A stretch of 64,000 nucleotides of DNA from Octopus vulgaris (GCA_951406725.2 OX597836.1:34348001-34412000); one strand, 5' to 3'; shown: positions 43,802 to 57,450, counted from the stretch's first letter. Numbers and translations are program-made. The notes: generated by a model not told the origin, from the letters alone.

Positions 43802-44251
43802 TAGGCGCAGGAGTGGCTGTGTGGTAAGTAGCTTGCTTACAACCACATAGTGCCGGGTTCAGTACCACTGCGTGGCACCTTGGGAAAGTGTCTTCTACTA
43901 TAGCCTCGGGCCGACCAAAGCCTTGTGAGTGAATTTGGTAGACGGAAACTGAAAAAAGCCCGTCGTATATATGTATATATATAGCTGTGTGTGTGTGTGT
44001 GTATGTGTGTGTGTGTGTGTATGTGTGTGTGTATGTAAGTTTGTATGTCTGTGCTTGTCCCCCCAACATCGCTTGACAACCGATGCTGGTGTGTTTACGT
44101 CCCCGTTACTTAGCGGTTCGGCAAAAAATGACCGCTAGAATAAGTACTAGGCTTTCAAAGAATAAGTCTTGGGGTCGATTTGCTCGACTAAAGGCGGTGC
44201 TCCAGCATGGCCGCAGTCAAATGGCTGAATCAAGTAAAAGAGTAAAAGAGT
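43802..44251 (+). mobile_element. SINE family A, full length
   Basis: Matches A. Confidence 0.92.
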
Positions 44252-44510
44252 AACCTTAACTAGATAACGGAGCAAGTTCTCCGCACTTGCTTCCCTAACA
44301 AAGCTGTTATAATCAACAGCTGTGCAATGGCTCATCCCTAGTTTTCCAACACATGACCAGACAGAAGTCAATTCCTTAAGCCACGAGAAAAGGAAAAACA
44401 CTACAGTCCCAAAAGGAAGGGCGACACCTCCAGACCACGTGCCTTCCCTCACTGACACAGACTCCATGCATCCTTGGAGCGTACATCGCCAATGTATATT
44501 CACACCGCTT
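44252..44510 (-). pseudogene. Merlin/IS1595-like transposase N-terminal fragment
   Basis: WRC...C...SVREGTW...L..S..TAVDYNSFVRE resembles the ISXO2-type N-terminus. Confidence 0.6.
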
Positions 44511-44564
44511 TTTTCTTGTACTCATAAAAATACTTCTTCGTTTTGCATAGTTTTCTTTTTGTTA

Positions 44565-44657
44565 TTTTTTCAGGTTATATGGCGTAGCGGTTAAGAGCGC
44601 AGGCTACTAACCCCAAGATTCCGAGTTCGATTCCGAGCAGTGACTTGAACAATAACA
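44565..44657 (+). mobile_element. Family E tRNA head (local duplicate)
   Basis: Matches 43350-43440; the downstream flank duplicates 43641-43739. Confidence 0.8.
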
Positions 44658-44761
44658 GGTAGTTTTAAACATTCAATGTGCATATAATGCGATAAACAGC
44701 ACATTACAAGTAGCATATTTCTCAAAATTCGAAACATATAATACAAATTTAAGATTTGACG

Positions 44762-44801
<40 letters not shown>

Positions 44802-45231
44802 AGGGGTGGGGAAAAGGGTTGGTAGAGAGCATTGAAAAATAAATAAATTCTGCAATGCTGGCGTGAAAAAGTAAAAAAACAAGAAACAGCTTGATAACGC
44901 CGTATTGACTGAATTGAAGGCGGAAGTGGCCACGAAGCAACAGAGACGAGAAGAAGGCGCTTGTAAACCGATGAAGCATTTTCTTTGCAAATGCGAAACA
45001 GCACCCTACTCTGGTGCGTGATTTAAGGCCTATTTGGCTGATATTTGTAGCACATATGACACCCATCTCAATGATGGAACATATTAATCAACATGTGTTT
45101 CCTCGTAGACAAAAGAGTTCACATGTTTGGCTTGTTACTATGGAAACATGCATGAATGCGTCTGTGGCTTAATGATTGGCTAAAATTACCCAAAATTTTC
45201 AAAACTTCAATTTCTAATAATTCTTTACTTA

Positions 45232-45628
45232 CTCTTTTACTCTTTTACTTGTTTCAGTCATTTGACTGCGGCCATGCTGGAGCACCACCTTTAGTCGAGC
45301 AAATCGACCCCGGGACTTATTCTTTGTAAGCCCAGTACTTATTCTATCGGTTTCTTTTGCCGAACCGCTAAGTGACGGGGACGTAAACACACCAGCATCG
45401 GTTGTCAAGCAATGCTAGGGGGACAAACAGGCACACAAGCATATATATATATATACATATATACGACTGGTTTCTTTCAGTTTCCGCCTACCAAATCGAC
45501 TCACAAGGCTTTGGTCGGCCCGGGGCTATAGCAGAAGACACTTGCTCAAGATGCCACGCAGTGGGACTGAACCCGGAACCATGTGGTTGGTTAGTAAGCT
45601 ACTTACCACACAGCCACTCCTGCGCCTA
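45232..45628 (-). mobile_element. SINE family A, full length
   Basis: Matches A. Confidence 0.92.
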
Positions 45629-45916
45629 TACTTATTGATTTATGGCGAAAATGTTTTTCAAGGCATTGATTAGCCTATAAAAGTGCTTCATTACACTGAA
45701 TATAAAATCAATTCGAACAGAAATTGAACTTGGCAGCCAAGCAGAAAAAATCCCAATGTTATAGTAGAAGACACTTGCCCAAGGTGGGACTGAACCAGAA
45801 ACCATGTGGTTGGGGAAGCAAGCGTCTTACCACATAGCCACGCCTTTATATACACATAAAAGCATAGATATATCTACATTTATATATATTTGCGTATATA
45901 TATATATACGTATGCA

Positions 45917-45976
<60 letters not shown>

Positions 45977-46079
45977 TGTTTAATTTTGGAGGCTTTTGTG
46001 TGTACCTGGGTATCTGTGTTCCTGCAGGTTGTGTCAGTATTTATGTATTATGCATAGCCAGAAAGTGAACAAGAATTAA

Positions 46080-46120
<41 letters not shown>

Positions 46121-46229
46121 CAGACAGAGAGAGAGAGAGGAGCTATAGGGAGAAGGAGGAGGTGAGAAAGACAGCCAAAGAAACAGAAGACGGAATTAAA
46201 ATAAAAAGAAAATAAAAGAAACAAAAAAG

Positions 46230-46775
46230 TAGAAGGAGAAGAAGAAGAAGAAGAAGAAGAAGAAGAAGAAGAAGAAGAAGAAGAAGAAGAAGAAGAAAAA
46301 GATAAAAAAAAGAAGACGAAGAAGAAGAAGGTGAAGAAGAAGAAGAAAGAGAAAAAGATGAAAAAAAGAAGACGAAGAAGAAGGTGAAGAAGAAGAAGAA
46401 GAAGAAGAAGAAGAAGAAGAAAAAGATAAAAAAAAGAAGACGAAGAAGAAGAAGGTGAAGAAGAAGAAGAAAGAGAAAAAGATGAAAAAAAGAAGACGAA
46501 GAAGAAGGTGAAGAAGAAGAAGAAGAAGAAGAAGAAGAAGAAGAAGAAGAATAAGAAGAAGAAGGAGAAGAAGAAGAAGAAGGTGAAGAAGAAGAAAAAG
46601 AAGAAGAAAAAGATAAAGAAAAGAAGACGAAGAAGAAGAGGACGAGGAGGAGGAGGAGAAAGAAGAAGAAGGTGAAGAAGAAGAAGAAGAAGAAGAAGAA
46701 GAAGAAGAAGAAGAAGAAGAAGAAGGTGGAGAAGAAGAAGGTGGATAAGAAGAAGGTGGAGAAGAAGAAGGAGGA
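46230..46775. repeat. (GAA)n microsatellite with a higher-order duplication
   Basis: Direct inspection. Confidence 0.95.
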
Positions 46776-47290
46776 GTTAAATAGGTGTTGGACGGACGAC
46801 TGGGTTGCTGAGACAGCGATGTGCGCTGGCGTTTCAAACAACAAGTTTTAAGACGCCATCAAAACAGTCGGACACCATTTGAAGAAGCGGCAATGCTTCA
46901 TCGGTTTACAAGCGCCATCTTCTCGTCTGTTGTTGCTTCTTGGCCACTTCCGCCTTCAATTCAGTCAATACGGCGTTATCAAGCTGTTTCTTGTTTTTTA
47001 CTTTTTCACGCTAACATTACAGAATTTATTTATTTTTTCAATGCTCTCTTACCTACCCTTTTCCCCCACCCCTCCACACACACACACACACTCCGTCATA
47101 TCTGTCTCGTTTGCGCTTTACTTCTTTTTTTTTTTGCCTCTAATTATTAGTTTGATTCTGGGAGTCAAACATCTCGTTATATCAAGTTAGGCTTAATATA
47201 ATGATGGTAGTTGATAGCATTAGAAAGCTCACTTTTTTATAGGTGCCTATGTACATACATGCTTGCATAACATACATACATACTTATATG

Positions 47291-47327
<37 letters not shown>

Positions 47328-47356
47328 CATACATACATACATACATACATACATAC

Positions 47357-47416
<60 letters not shown>

Positions 47417-47419
<3 letters not shown>

Positions 47420-47588
47420 CGTTACGTTGTGAGTTCAAATTCCGCCGAGGTCGACTTTGCCTTTCATCCTTTCGGGGTCAATAAATTAAGTACCAGTTAC
47501 GCACTGAGGTCGATGTAATCGACTTAATCCCTTTGTCTGTCCTTGTTTGTCCCCTCTATGTTTAGCCCCTTGTGGGCAATAAAGAAAT
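47417..47588 (+). mobile_element. SINE family B, 5'-truncated
   Basis: Matches B. Confidence 0.9.
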
Positions 47589-47635
47589 ATATATATATAA
47601 TACAGATATATGTATATATGAGAGAGAGAGAGAGG

Positions 47636-47702
<67 letters not shown>

Positions 47703-47705
47703 CGT

Positions 47706-48142
47706 TCTTTTACTTGTTTCAGTCATTTGACACCGACCATGCTGTAGCACCACCTTCAAGGGATCTAATCGAACAATCGACCCCGAGACATATTTTTAAG
47801 CATTGTACTTATTCTATCGATCTGTTTTGCCGAACCGCCATATTGCAGGAATGTAAACACACCAATACTAGTTGTCAAGTGATGATGAGGGGAGGGAGAC
47901 GAAGACAGTCACAAGAACACACGTACAGATACACCCCCACACATGCATACACGCACGCACGCACGCACACACACACACATGTATATTCAACAGGCTTCTT
48001 TCAGTTTCCATCAACCAAATCTACTCGCAAGACTTTGGTCGGCCCGAGGCTATAGAAGAAGAAACTTGCCCAAGGTGCCATGCAGTAGGAGTAAACCTAG
48101 ACCCATGCGTCTGGGAAGTAATCTTACTTCCCAGCAGCCATC
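47706..48142 (-). mobile_element. SINE family A, diverged
   Basis: Matches A. Confidence 0.85.
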
Positions 48143-48209
48143 CAGGATCAGTTCATAAACTTTTATGAATTTTTTAATTCGTTCGGGAGGTCGACAGTCG
48201 CCCTAAACG

Positions 48210-48653
48210 AAGCTGGTCATTGGTTCTTGGTCTCAAGCATTTGTCTTATGAAGAAAGGCTGAAGACGCTCGACCTTTATTCTCTAGAAAAACGTCGACGC
48301 CGTAGTGATCTCATTCTCGCCCACAACATGATAAGCGGAAAGTGTAACCTCTCGAAAGAGCTGTTCTTCACTCCTGCTCCAGGGCATCGGCTGCGGGGGT
48401 CACTCCGAAAAGCTCTATCTGCAACGATTTCATCTCAATCGAAGGAGAGGGGCTTTCTCCGGCCGGGTTGCGGATCCGTGGAATAAGCTGCCGGACGAGA
48501 TGGTGAAGATGCCGACGTCCACTCGGTTCAAAGTCTCTCTTGACCAGAAATGACCTGAACTCTTTGCATCAACACCCTCCCTGTACATAACCCCATGTCC
48601 CCCTACATGGCCTTGCTTTTTGCTTTTTGAACCCAAAAATTAACTTAACTTAA
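48210..48653 (+). mobile_element. 5'-truncated CR1-clade LINE 3' end with (TAACT)n tail
   Basis: GLKHLSYEERLKTLDLYSLEKRRRRSDLI...LRG and WNKLP motifs. Confidence 0.9.
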
Positions 48654-48799
48654 GTGATAAGTGACCGTTCATAAAGCGTGAAAACCACGCGTTAACTTGT
48701 ATTTTGCTCATGACAGCGTTCTTGTTAGCGGTTTGAAGCATGAGGAATGTTTTGGACGCCGTTTGCCCAGCAGATTACAGAATTCACGAAAGTGTTATC

Positions 48800-48956
48800 A
48801 AAGGGAAAAGCAAGGGCCGATACAGCTTGGCACCTGTGACGTCGCAACTCATTTCTACGGCTGAGTGAACTGGAGCAACGTGAAACAAAGTGTCTTGCTC
48901 AAGAACACAACACGCAGCCCAGTCCGGGATTCGAACTCACAGCCTCACTGAGCCAT

Positions 48957-48960
<4 letters not shown>
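48800..48960 (-). mobile_element. tRNA SINE, CORE-like body + tail W
   Basis: Reverse complement of 35355-35545. Confidence 0.85.
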
Positions 48961-48991
<31 letters not shown>

Positions 48992-49179
48992 TGTGAAATA
49001 GAAAGATGAATAATCTTGTTGTAGATTAATCAAAAGTTAACCGATACCTTAGTAGCAAAAATCACAGCAGTAAACAGCAGTAAACAGAGTTTCGCCATGG
49101 GCTCTTAGGAGCATAGTTCGATTTGGGTTTTGCTCCGCCTCTGTTCTGTTTTTGTTTCTCTAACGGATTTCCTTTTTTC

Positions 49180-49259
49180 TTCCTGAAGAGAAAGACACAA
49201 TATGGTCCCATTATTCAATCGGATTTTGGTAATTTGTGCCTTTCGAAACACGTGTAGAA
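49180..49259 (+). ncRNA. Hammerhead ribozyme motif, canonical core
   Basis: TTC-CTGAAGA-GAAAGACACAA...TTGTGCCTTTC-GAA-ACACGTGT-A-GAA; palindromic helix III. Confidence 0.82.
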
Positions 49260-49317
49260 TGAAATAAAACGATTTCTGTTCAATCTGCGTTCAGCTCCAT
49301 TTCTTCAATTCACCAAT

Positions 49318-49357
<40 letters not shown>

Positions 49358-49456
49358 ATAATAATAAAGAGTGAAATTAATTAATTTGGAATAATCATTA
49401 ATTTCACCAAGTAGATTTCGGCATGTAAAAGCCCCATTCAAGAAAGGTTTAAGTAA

Positions 49457-49577
49457 TACTAAGTAATTAAGGGTTTAGCAACGATTTGCCTCCCCACACA
49501 CCAAAACTCTTTGACTGCTATTTCTAAATTCGGTGTGTGGGGAGGCAAATCGTTGCTAAACCCTTAATTACTTAGTA
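49457..49577. repeat. Perfect 46-bp inverted repeat with a 29-nt spacer
   Basis: Arms 49457-49502 / 49532-49577; same family as 8440-8512. Confidence 0.92.
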
Positions 49578-49578
49578 C

Positions 49579-49650
<72 letters not shown>

Positions 49651-50026
49651 GTACGTATGTATGTATATGACTGCGTAATATCTTCAAATTGAGATTGAAT
49701 GCCCATTTGTAGGATCATTTTGTCTGAGGTTTTGTATGTAGAAAAAGGGGTCAAGGCTGACGAAATGTTCTGGTTTATATCAAGTGTTTCTCTTTTTGAT
49801 GTTGTTGCTAATATATAAAGTTGCCAATTTGTTTTTTGTTGTTGTTGTAATTGTTGTTGTTTTTTCCTGCTATTTTAAATATTTGTATTTTCTAAGAGTA
49901 CCGATGGGAATTTCATATCTAAATGTTATTGCATTCTGGAAATGTAAATCACTGCCGTTGTTGCTTGCGATACGGCGCAGCAGCAGCAGCAATAGCAGCA
50001 GCAGCAGTAGTAGTAGCAGCAGTAGC

Positions 50027-50100
<74 letters not shown>

Positions 50101-50255
50101 CAGCAGCAGCAGTAGAAGTAGATGCTGTGGAATTTGCTGTCGATGTTGCTGCTATTATTACAGCCTGATGAAAGGTTTCTATTTATCCCTTCTATCGTTG
50201 AGTTTATGTATGTAATACGTGTGCATGTGTTTGTGTCGTATAATATATATAAATA

Positions 50256-50377
<122 letters not shown>

Positions 50378-50466
50378 CATATATGTATATATATATATAT
50401 ATATATGTAAAAAATGAAGTTCGAAAATGCTGCTGTATTATACAATTTTTAATTTTTATATATACA

Positions 50467-50508
50467 TTATAACATGTTTCAGTTCCTGAAATGAACCTTA
50501 TCAAAAAA
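50467..50508 (-). ncRNA. Hammerhead-like motif, U3-A8
   Basis: TTGATAA-GGTTC ATTTCAG GAACT-GAA-ACATGT-T; weak helix I. Confidence 0.6.
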
Positions 50509-50836
50509 AGTTATATATAAAAAGAGACAGCTCATGCCGTCAAACACAAGAAATTCATTTATAATACACAACGGAGTCAGACATCTTAGAGTTCATGTAT
50601 AGTTGATATACAGTTCATGTATAGTTGATATATAGTTTGAAGTATATGTTCAAAGTGTTCGATGCAGTGGCCCACGGTGGCGACACGTATTCAATACAAA
50701 AAACAGATCAAAGTGGTGGAAAGCGGTCAATACAGAAGATTGATGTTTCCGAAAGAGCAAGGAATTCATTTTTACCTTAAGCAATTGTGATGACCCATGG
50801 TGGAAGTTCGCTGGGTTATATATGTAGTTAGTTAGT

Positions 50837-50911
<75 letters not shown>

Positions 50912-50930
50912 TGTGTGTGTGTATATATAT

Positions 50931-51136
50931 AGGCGCTGGCGTGACTATATGATAAAACGCTTGCTTCCTAATCATGTAGTTCCGAGTTCAGTCCCACTGC
51001 GCGGAACCTTTGAAAAGTGTCTTCTACTATAGCCTCGGGCCGGCCAAAGCCTTGTCAGTGGATTTGAAAGACGGAAACTGAAAGAAGCCTCTCATACACA
51101 CACACACACAAACGCACACATACACACGTAACACAA

Positions 51137-51168
<32 letters not shown>

Positions 51169-51300
51169 GCATATATTTACGTGTGTGTCTGTCTTTGTGT
51201 CTACGTTTGCCCTCCACCATCCCTTGTCAACCGATGTTGGTGTGCTTGCACCCCCGTAACTTACCAGCCCAGTAAAAGAGCCCAATACAATAAGTACTAA
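50931..51300 (+). mobile_element. SINE family A, 3' end missing
   Basis: Matches A until taagtact. Confidence 0.85.
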
Positions 51301-51820
51301 CGTGGGTTTGGGTGGTGGTCTCAATGGAGAGAGGAGGTGGATAAGAGTGAAGAGAAGAAGTAGGTGTCAGACGAAGAGAGGAAGTAAGTGCCAGATGAAG
51401 AGGGGAGGGGAGTTGAGAACTATGTGGCGCAAAGGAGCGAAGAGAGAAGATAGATTCCTGCTCACGGCGAAGGTGGGAGTCCGGATGGACCCCTGTGCAA
51501 AGACAGTCCAAACACAGACAGATGCTGTAGCGAACGACCGTAGAGCAGAAATGGCGCGAGACCGAGGTATCATTGTCCGCGAACTGGTCAGCCAAGCGGC
51601 GTCCCGTTTTACCTACTCTGGAGTTGGTCCTTGATGCGGCTTGGATATAAAAGGTAAACGCAAATGGCGTTTAGAATTTACAACAGGAAAGAGTAGAAAG
51701 AGCAGGAGATGCAATAAATTATGTTACTGGAAGTGCAGGTAAAGGTGTCGGTGGTGTGATAGGGACGATAACGGGTGTCTTGGAGGATAGTGATGATGGA
51801 GAGGTAGCGGCAAGTACGAT
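51301..51820 (-). pseudogene. Penelope-like element C-terminal GIY-YIG endonuclease relic plus 3' UTR
   Basis: FTCTSSNIIYCISCS ... TGRRLADQFA ... VSRHF ... REQESIFSLRSFAPH; frameshifted. Confidence 0.85.
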
Positions 51821-52169
51821 GCACGCTTGTGTGTGTGTGTCTGTGAGTGTGTGTCTATGTGTGTGTGTGCGTGTGTGTGTATACATCTTTACATATACAT
51901 ACACATACGTTCATACATACACAGACACATACACAGACATATACACAGACACATACACACACACATATATCTATATATATATATATACACTCGTAGGTAT
52001 TCTTACACGAAGACCATGGATAACTCTATCAACAGCGCAAATAGCAATAAACAACAACAACAATATCATCAACGACTGCAAACACCTATCATCACCACAC
52101 ATCCGCCGAAATATCAACATTACATATATCAAGAGAAACAATATTCACGATAGCAACAGGAACAAGAGA

Positions 52170-52620
<451 letters not shown>

Positions 52621-52943
52621 ATGGTATCAGCGACAGCAACAGCGACAACAACAGCCACTGCACCAGCAGGAACAGTAACAATATACCTCTATGCATTTGC
52701 AGCTTCCGGATGGCACCGTCTTTTTCAGAAGACAGGAAATGCTAAAATTTCTTCACTCGCAGACGCGCGCGCACACACACACACACAAGCATACATACAT
52801 ACATACATACATACATATGCATATATATATACGTATGTATATATATGTGTATGTATATATATATATATATACGTACGTATGTATGTATATATATGTGTGT
52901 GTATATATATATATAAATATATATACATACGTATGTATGTATA

Positions 52944-52991
<48 letters not shown>

Positions 52992-52997
52992 AAGATA

Positions 52998-53198
52998 CAT
53001 GAACAGCTTGCTCGTGAAATTAACGTGCAAGTGGGTGAGCACTCCACAGACACGTGTACCCTTAATGTAGTCCTCAGGAAGATTCAGCTTGATACAGGGT
53101 GTGACAAAGCCGGCCCTTTCAAATACAGGTACTGCTAATTTTTGTCAGCTGAGTAGACTGGAGCAACGTGAAAATAAAGTGTCTTGCTGAAGGACACG
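52998..53198 (-). mobile_element. SINE fragment, CORE-like body + tail Y
   Basis: Matches 30100-30280. Confidence 0.8.
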
Positions 53199-53246
53199 AG
53201 GATTTACGGTATGTATTCATATAGACATCTAAAAATTTGTTTTCTT

Positions 53247-53293
53247 TCGATGTTGACGGGAAGATAACCACTTCGAAATGTCGCATTCATCGA
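53247..53293 (+). ncRNA. Hammerhead-like motif with two core changes (U3, G9)
   Basis: TCGATG-TTGACGG-GAAG ATAACCA CTTC-GAA-ATG TCG CAT-T-CATCGA; all three helices pair. Confidence 0.6.
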
Positions 53294-53423
53294 TCTTGAT
53301 AGAGAGCGCGCTGAACTGACCTGCTGTGTTTATACTATTTTCTCTACTGCAAGAATATTTCTCCACGACTAAAACGCAGCGAATGACTCTCTTACGGATG
53401 CGAATATATCTCAAACATATTTA

Positions 53424-54088
53424 AGGCTGCGAGCTGGCAGAAACGTTAGCGCGCCGGGCGAAATGCTTAGCGGTATTTCGTCTGCCGTTACGTTCTGAGT
53501 TCAAATTCCGCCGAGGTCGACTTTGCCTTTCATCCTTTCGGGGTCGATTAAATAAGTACCAGTTAAGCACTGGGGTCGATATAATCGACTTAATCCCTTT
53601 GTCTGTCCTTGTTTGTCCACTCTGTGTTTAGCCCCTTGTGGGTAATAAAGAAACAGGAAACGTTAGCATGCCGGGCGAAGTGCTTAGCAGTATTTCGTCC
53701 GCCGTTACGTTCTGAGTTCAAATTCCGCCGAGGTCGACTTTGCCTTTCATCCTTTCGGGGGTCGATTAAATAAGTACCAGTTAAGCACTGGGGTCGATGT
53801 AATCGACTTAATATGTCTGCCTGTCCTTGTCTGTCCACTCTGTGTGTAGCCCCTTGTGGGCAATAAAGAAACAGGAAACGTTAGCATGCCGGGCGAAGTG
53901 CTTAGCAGTATTTCGTCCGCCGTTACGTACTGAGTTCAAATTGCGCCGAGGTCGACTTTGCCTTTCATCCTTTCGGGATCGATTAAATAAGTACCAATTA
54001 CGCACTGGGATCGATGTAATCGACTTAATCCCTTTGTCTGTCCTTGTTTGTCCCCTCTGTGTTTAGCCCCTTGTGGGCAATAAATAAA
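53424..54088 (+). mobile_element. SINE family B tandem trimer
   Basis: Three head-to-tail units. Confidence 0.93.
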
Positions 54089-54233
54089 CAAGTTAACGCA
54101 TGATTAACTGGAATCAATGCGAATAGAATGCTAAACAGTTAAAACGAAGGAGCTTTGTCACTTTAATAGTGGCCAGCTTGATTCATGTAAAGAAAAAACC
54201 CCAGAGAATATATATACACACACACACACACAT

Positions 54234-54322
<89 letters not shown>

Positions 54323-54486
54323 CACACACAAACTCACACTCACATATATTGAAGGGGAAGGTCTGAACTAATTGGCAATAATATATCTGTACTCTAGTAC
54401 ATACACATATACATACACTGACACATACACACATACACGCACAAATACACACACATAAATATATTAGAGGGGAAGGTCTGAATTAC

Positions 54487-54740
54487 TTGGGATGGTGCAT
54501 AATTATTGCAGCTTTTTTGCAACAAATTTTATTCAACAAAATCAATAACAATATTTAACAAAAACATCTTGAAATAACGGTCTGACCGTCTATCAAGCGA
54601 ATGAGAAACAGTAATTGAAGTAGATAGTGAATATGCTCCGGAATAATAATTTAAAGATGTTTTTGCTACACGTTGTTATAGTTTTTGTTGAATAAAATTT
54701 GTTGTAAAAAAAGCCGCAATAATTGTGCACCAACCCAATA
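54487..54740 (+). mobile_element. Mariner-derived MITE
   Basis: Long TIRs ttgggatggtgcataattattgc / gcaataattgtgcaccaacccaa-ta; internal VIEVDSEY transposase C-terminal remnant. Confidence 0.85.
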
Positions 54741-55369
54741 CAAATACTTCATATACTCCAGAACAAAAATATACACATACACAAACGCATACCACACACA
54801 CACCACACACACATAGACACTCACATATTTATACATACATAGCTATTTGTATTAGTCTTCCAGGCCTCAGATTGCGTAATTATACATATGTGACCTGGTC
54901 GGTGTAACATGGCACCGTATTTTTGTATTTAGGCGGCGAATTTTTATCCTTTAAAATAATGGATATTCAGAATAGATTTGTTAAACAGAAATAAAACTAG
55001 TCAGTAGACTAGAAAAGTGTGAAAACATATCCCAGATGTCAATATTTCAGATATCTTCGATAAAGTGGCGGGAAAATTTTCGTACACACTCACGCACTCA
55101 CATATACACATGCGCACACATATATGCATGCATATATGTATATATATTCATATTTATATAAACATAGAGGGAAACATAGACATTATATATATACACACAC
55201 ACGCATATACATATATAAGGCGATATTATATGTATATATACATTTATATGTAGGTATCTGCACATATATTATATATACATTTAAATACACACACACACAC
55301 ACATATATACATATATATATATATACATATACATATATATATATATATACATATATTATATATGCACAC

Positions 55370-55427
<58 letters not shown>

Positions 55428-55452
55428 CATATATTATATATGCACACATATC

Positions 55453-55494
<42 letters not shown>

Positions 55495-55496
<2 letters not shown>

Positions 55497-55722
55497 AAAT
55501 ATATACGTTTTTATTATTATTTTGCAATTTACTTAATCATGGGTATATTATCGTTATTTTAATTTTAATATTTCTATTATATGTAATTTTCTAGATGGAG
55601 TAATTTAATTGTTCATTCATTTTTTTCTAATTTTGAAAACATATATTTTGTGAAATTTGATTAAGCATTTCTAATTGAATTTTCCCCTGTAAGTTAAGGA
55701 ATAAAATTCCCTCAAATAATTA
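55495..55722 (+). repeat. TA-anchored AT-rich repeat family F (also 24720-24910, 62325-62460, 63145-63385)
   Basis: Common end ccctgtaagtt..gga..ttccct followed by (TA)n or (ATT)n. Confidence 0.8.
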
Positions 55723-56555
55723 TATATATATATATATATATATATAGAACGCCCTTAGATGCAATCTAATCCGCCGGGCTCATATTATGATAATTATACT
55801 CAACAGTTAACTATAATTTAGACCATATCGAGTGGCAAAGAAATTATGCATGCTATCATACATGGAAATGACAGAACATTATAATTTCCAAAATTAATTC
55901 CAAAAGAATATGTAAAATACCTTTGGTTTTGTAGAACAGTCCGCTTCATTTTAAGGACACATTTCTCTATACAAGTTGGTTCCAAAACGAAAGAAAAGGC
56001 TAAAGTATCCTTGTATCATTTTACAGACAAACCATAATATCTAGTTCTCTAGTAGTATGGAATGGAGCGATGATTCCAACGTTGTAACATTAAGTGTGTT
56101 CGTCTTCATAAAAACCTTTGCTTAAGTCAACGGACCTCGAGAGAAATCAGCAATCTGATTGGAGACAGAACCTCAAGAGAAATCAGCAACGTGCTGGGGG
56201 GAAATTATATACCTGGTAATTTACCAAAAGCCTTCATATTGTACATACCGCATTTTATGGCATAAAAAAAAAATCCGCGGGCAGATGAGCCCCCGTTTAC
56301 GCAGCGCGTATTCAAGAATTTAAAAAAAAATGTTTTTATTGCATCCACACACTTACAGACACAAAAAAAAATACACATATATTAGTTTTGATACTGTCTT
56401 CTCTGATGAGTAATTGTGGGTAATTATACCTGCCCGCATACTCACAAACATACACACACATACACACATACATATATATATGTGTGTGTGTATATATATA
56501 TATATAGTAGAAATATATTACGAAAAGAAAATATAAAATAAACGTGGAAATGTAA

Positions 56556-56933
56556 GGGTAAAATATGAAAAATCAACGAAAATGCATATTGCAAATAGAA
56601 AAAGGCTATTTATGACAGGTAGTGACAAATATATACATTTAGATTGACTGAGGTAGTAATACGAGTCATAAAGGTCATTATTATGAGATGATAATAAAGT
56701 AAGAGAACAAAACAAAAGTGGTTTACGCGAAATCTATTCATCGTTTCGCGTAATCCACTGGTTCGTTTTGTTCTCTTACTTTATTATCATCTTATAATCA
56801 TCTCATAATAATGACCTTTATGACTCGTATTACTACCCCAGTCAATCTAAATGTATATGTTTGTCACTACCTGTCATAAATAGCTTTTTTCTATTTGCAA
56901 TATGCATTTTCGTCGATTTTTCATATTTCACCC
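56556..56933. repeat. Fold-back with arms of about 180 bp; an A3-U8 hammerhead core lies in the loop
   Basis: Centre cgcgaaa-tctattcatcg-tttcgcg; same family as 41400-41660. Confidence 0.9.
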
Positions 56934-56980
56934 CTATATATATATATAATAAAAATAAGCAACAAGGATATCCAAGGTAG

Positions 56981-57063
56981 TGTAGTACAATCGTTTCATG
57001 CTACTTCATTTTATTAAACAAGTATTACATCAGTTTTAAAATGTAAAGCAATCTTCAGCCACA
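56981..57063 (-). ncRNA. Hammerhead motif, canonical core, long helix II
   Basis: TGTGG-CTGAAGA-TTGCT...AGCAT-GAA-ACGATTGT-A-CTACA. Confidence 0.75.
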
Positions 57064-57289
57064 TATAGAATTGTTTAATTAAATAGACAATGTACATTTT
57101 TATACTTATTCCATTTGCCAACATTACAAAGAGGGCAGATATATAGACAGAGAGGTTAATTTCAACATTAAGAACATGATAGTAGAAGGCCCTTCACCAT
57201 GGGCAGATTTTTTGTCACTGAGTTCACTTTGTTATTTAGATTTATCGACGGGGAAGGGTTTTTTTATTTGGTTCAATAGAGACAAACAA

Positions 57290-57450
57290 GAATTTTAAAA
57301 AACTTTATAAGAGGTGTTGAAAGTATCGTCCTTCATTTTCAATACATAAGTGGACTCTTCTACACATGTTTTGAAATACATCTTGGAGTCTGACCCTTGG
57401 AGAGTCAGGATGAAAAGATTCACTGCGGAGAGACATTTCGAACACCCTGT
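57290..57450 (-). mobile_element. Tc1/mariner-like relic
   Basis: TIR-like cagggtgttcgaaa; [25 protein letters not shown]-terminus. Confidence 0.55.

Noticed and set aside
56398-56430. CTGATGA-GTAATT..AATTA hammerhead start
   Set aside because: It is truncated before GAAA; possibly a fragment but unsupported.
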